Assembly: GCA_963837955.1 (NCBI GenBank)
Contig: CAWIPH010000002.1
Location: 1,120,001-1,184,000, forward strand
Length of the DNA: 64,000 nt
Direction: 5' to 3'
From: an uncultured Verrucomicrobiae bacterium
GTDB taxonomy: Bacteria; Verrucomicrobiota; Verrucomicrobiia; Chthoniobacterales; JAFAMB01
Shown here piece after piece: positions 62,602 through 64,000 of the stretch. Below the pieces are notes generated by a model. The model worked only from the letters and a program-made list of their open reading frames with translations. It searched no databases and was not told where the DNA came from. Both the position numbers and the translations under genes were made by a program. The first letter of the stretch is position 1. Every line of letters starts with the position of its first letter.

Positions 62602-63069
62602 ATGAACTCCGAATTTCCCGACCGATCCCGTCCAGCGCGGGGCGTAATCATTCAGCGAGAACAACCCACACTGATTTTCCTGACTGTTTGCACGCGTCAT
62701 CGGAATCGCTGGCTTGCGAGCGATAAAGTTCATCGAGACCTGGTGACCGTTTGGCAATCGACACCGGAATGGGCAGTAGGGACCTACGTCGTCATGCCTG
62801 ATCACCTCCACCTCTTAACATGGCCGAGATCATTAGATCTTGATTTTGATCGTTGGGTGACGTTGTGGAAATCACGTTTTTCGCTTCTGCACGGCGATCA
62901 TCAACACCGGATGGCAAGCGGGTGAATTTCACCACCGCATTAGATCGTTCGAAAGCGCAGAAGAAAAGCGTGACCTACCTTCTGATGAATCCGGATGAGA
63001 GCCGGTTTAGTATCCGACGCCGACGGACGGCCTTCGGTGACGTTGTCGCGATCTGAGGATTGGTGGTGA
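62602..63069 (+). CDS. REP-associated tyrosine transposase (RAYT, HUH Y1), several frameshifts
   Basis: IFLTVCT and YVVMPDHLHL; shifted frames give WQAGEFHHRIR, YLLMNP and RAGLV. Confidence 0.85.
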
Positions 63070-63082
63070 ACGTTGGGCTGAG

Positions 63083-63525
63083 GCGGCTCACGCAAGAGCG
63101 TTCGCCTACCGATCGTGGGTGTTGTCCGAGCATTGGTAGGGCGAAAATTTATTTGAGCCGGGAAAGCCCTGAGCGGCTCACGCAAAAGCGTTCGCCGTAC
63201 CGATCAGGGGTGTTGTCCAAGCATTGGTAGGGCGAAAATTTATTCGAGCCGGAAAGCCCGAGCGGCTCACGCAAAAGCGTTCGCCCTACCGATCGTGGGT
63301 GTTGTCCCAGCGTTGGTAGGGCGAAAATTTATTTGAGCCGGGAAAGCCCTGAGCGGCTCACGCAAAAGCGTTCGCCGTACCGATCGTAGGTGTTGTCCAA
63401 GCATTGGTAGGGCGAAAATTTATTTGAGCCGGGAAAGCCCTGAGCGGCTCACGCAAAAGCGTTCGCCTACCGATCGTAGGTGTTGTCCCAGCGTTGGTAG
63501 GGCGAAAATTTATTTGAGCCGGGAA
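63083..63525 (+). repeat. GTAG REP doublet array (about 5 units) downstream of the RAYT gene
   Basis: Same ~90-bp unit. Confidence 0.92.
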
Positions 63526-63699
63526 CCTGAGAGCTGATTGTGACCACGCCAGGTTTTTTGCCCCGCGCAAAGTGGAAAAACCTGCGGCTTCATGACAAAT
63601 TTGTCATCTGGAATAAAGACTCAATGTCATTTCCGGAGATTACCTAACAACATGTGGTTGCAACTTCGCCGTTCGATTTCCTCCCGAGGCTCGCCCTCC

Positions 63700-64000
63700 A
63701 TGAAAGCTCCGCTTTCCCAGATTCTTATTTGCATGTTTGCCTTCGCGACGTCCGGTTGGGCAACCGAAAAGAATCCTCCGGGCGATATTCCAGATGACCA
63801 AGTCTTTGTGTCGTATACGTCTTCTATTGGCGGCTATAGCCTGAAAGTCCCTGAGGGATGGTCCCGATCCGAACGAGGTTCCGATGTCGACTTCATTGAT
63901 AAGTTCGACGGGGTGGCTGTGATGGTTGTCGCGGAAGCTACAGCTCCAACCGCCAAAGACGTGGTCGCCAGGCTTGAGCAAGCCGAAAAGGGATTGAAAA
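63700..64000 (+). CDS. Secreted hypothetical protein, truncated by window edge
   Basis: Manual translation MKAPLSQILICMFAFATSGWATEKNPPGDIPDDQVFVSY...LKVPEGWSR. Confidence 0.7.
   Translation, partial: MKAPLSQILICMFAFATSGWATEKNPPGDIPDDQVFVSYTSSIGGYSLKVPEGWSRSERGSDVDFIDKFDGVAVMVVAEATAPTAKDVVARLEQAEKGLK

Noticed and set aside
52614..63525. The 90-92-bp arrays as CRISPR arrays
   Set aside because: The intervening segments are near-identical rather than unique spacers, there are no cas genes, and GTAG hairpins plus an adjacent RAYT explain the arrays.

Overview
This is a 64-kb bacterial accessory region. PEP-CTERM proteins, gene families and repeat style suggest a soil Verrucomicrobiota (Chthoniobacterales-like) genome; that is inference. 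Many genes carry single-base indels, probably a mix of long-read error and real decay. 1-30 kb is a mosaic of metabolic and stress genes (FadR regulator, Gfo/Idh/MocA oxidoreductase, beta-carbonic anhydrase, HD protein with GlxA regulator, S53 peptidase, PaoABC-type aldehyde oxidoreductase, aldo/keto reductase, catalase) mixed with gene fragments, chimeric junctions, an ISKra4 element and an IS21 remnant. 30.6-44.4 kb holds a non-phage cluster of five secreted tail-fibre-like paralogues, each with a conserved N-terminus, a variable middle and a peptidase S74 self-cleaving chaperone. They are interleaved with PEP-CTERM genes, orphan 3' gene ends, shared upstream motifs and a tRNA-fMet, and followed by a 235-bp tandem repeat. 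52.6-63.5 kb holds arrays of a 90-92-bp GTAG REP doublet, their likely RAYT transposase, and an IS110/IS1111-type element inserted into a REP at a duplicated CT core. The 3' non-coding end of that element contains a stem-loop whose two guide segments match both halves of the REP target, i.e. a bridge/seek RNA that can be read directly from the sequence.
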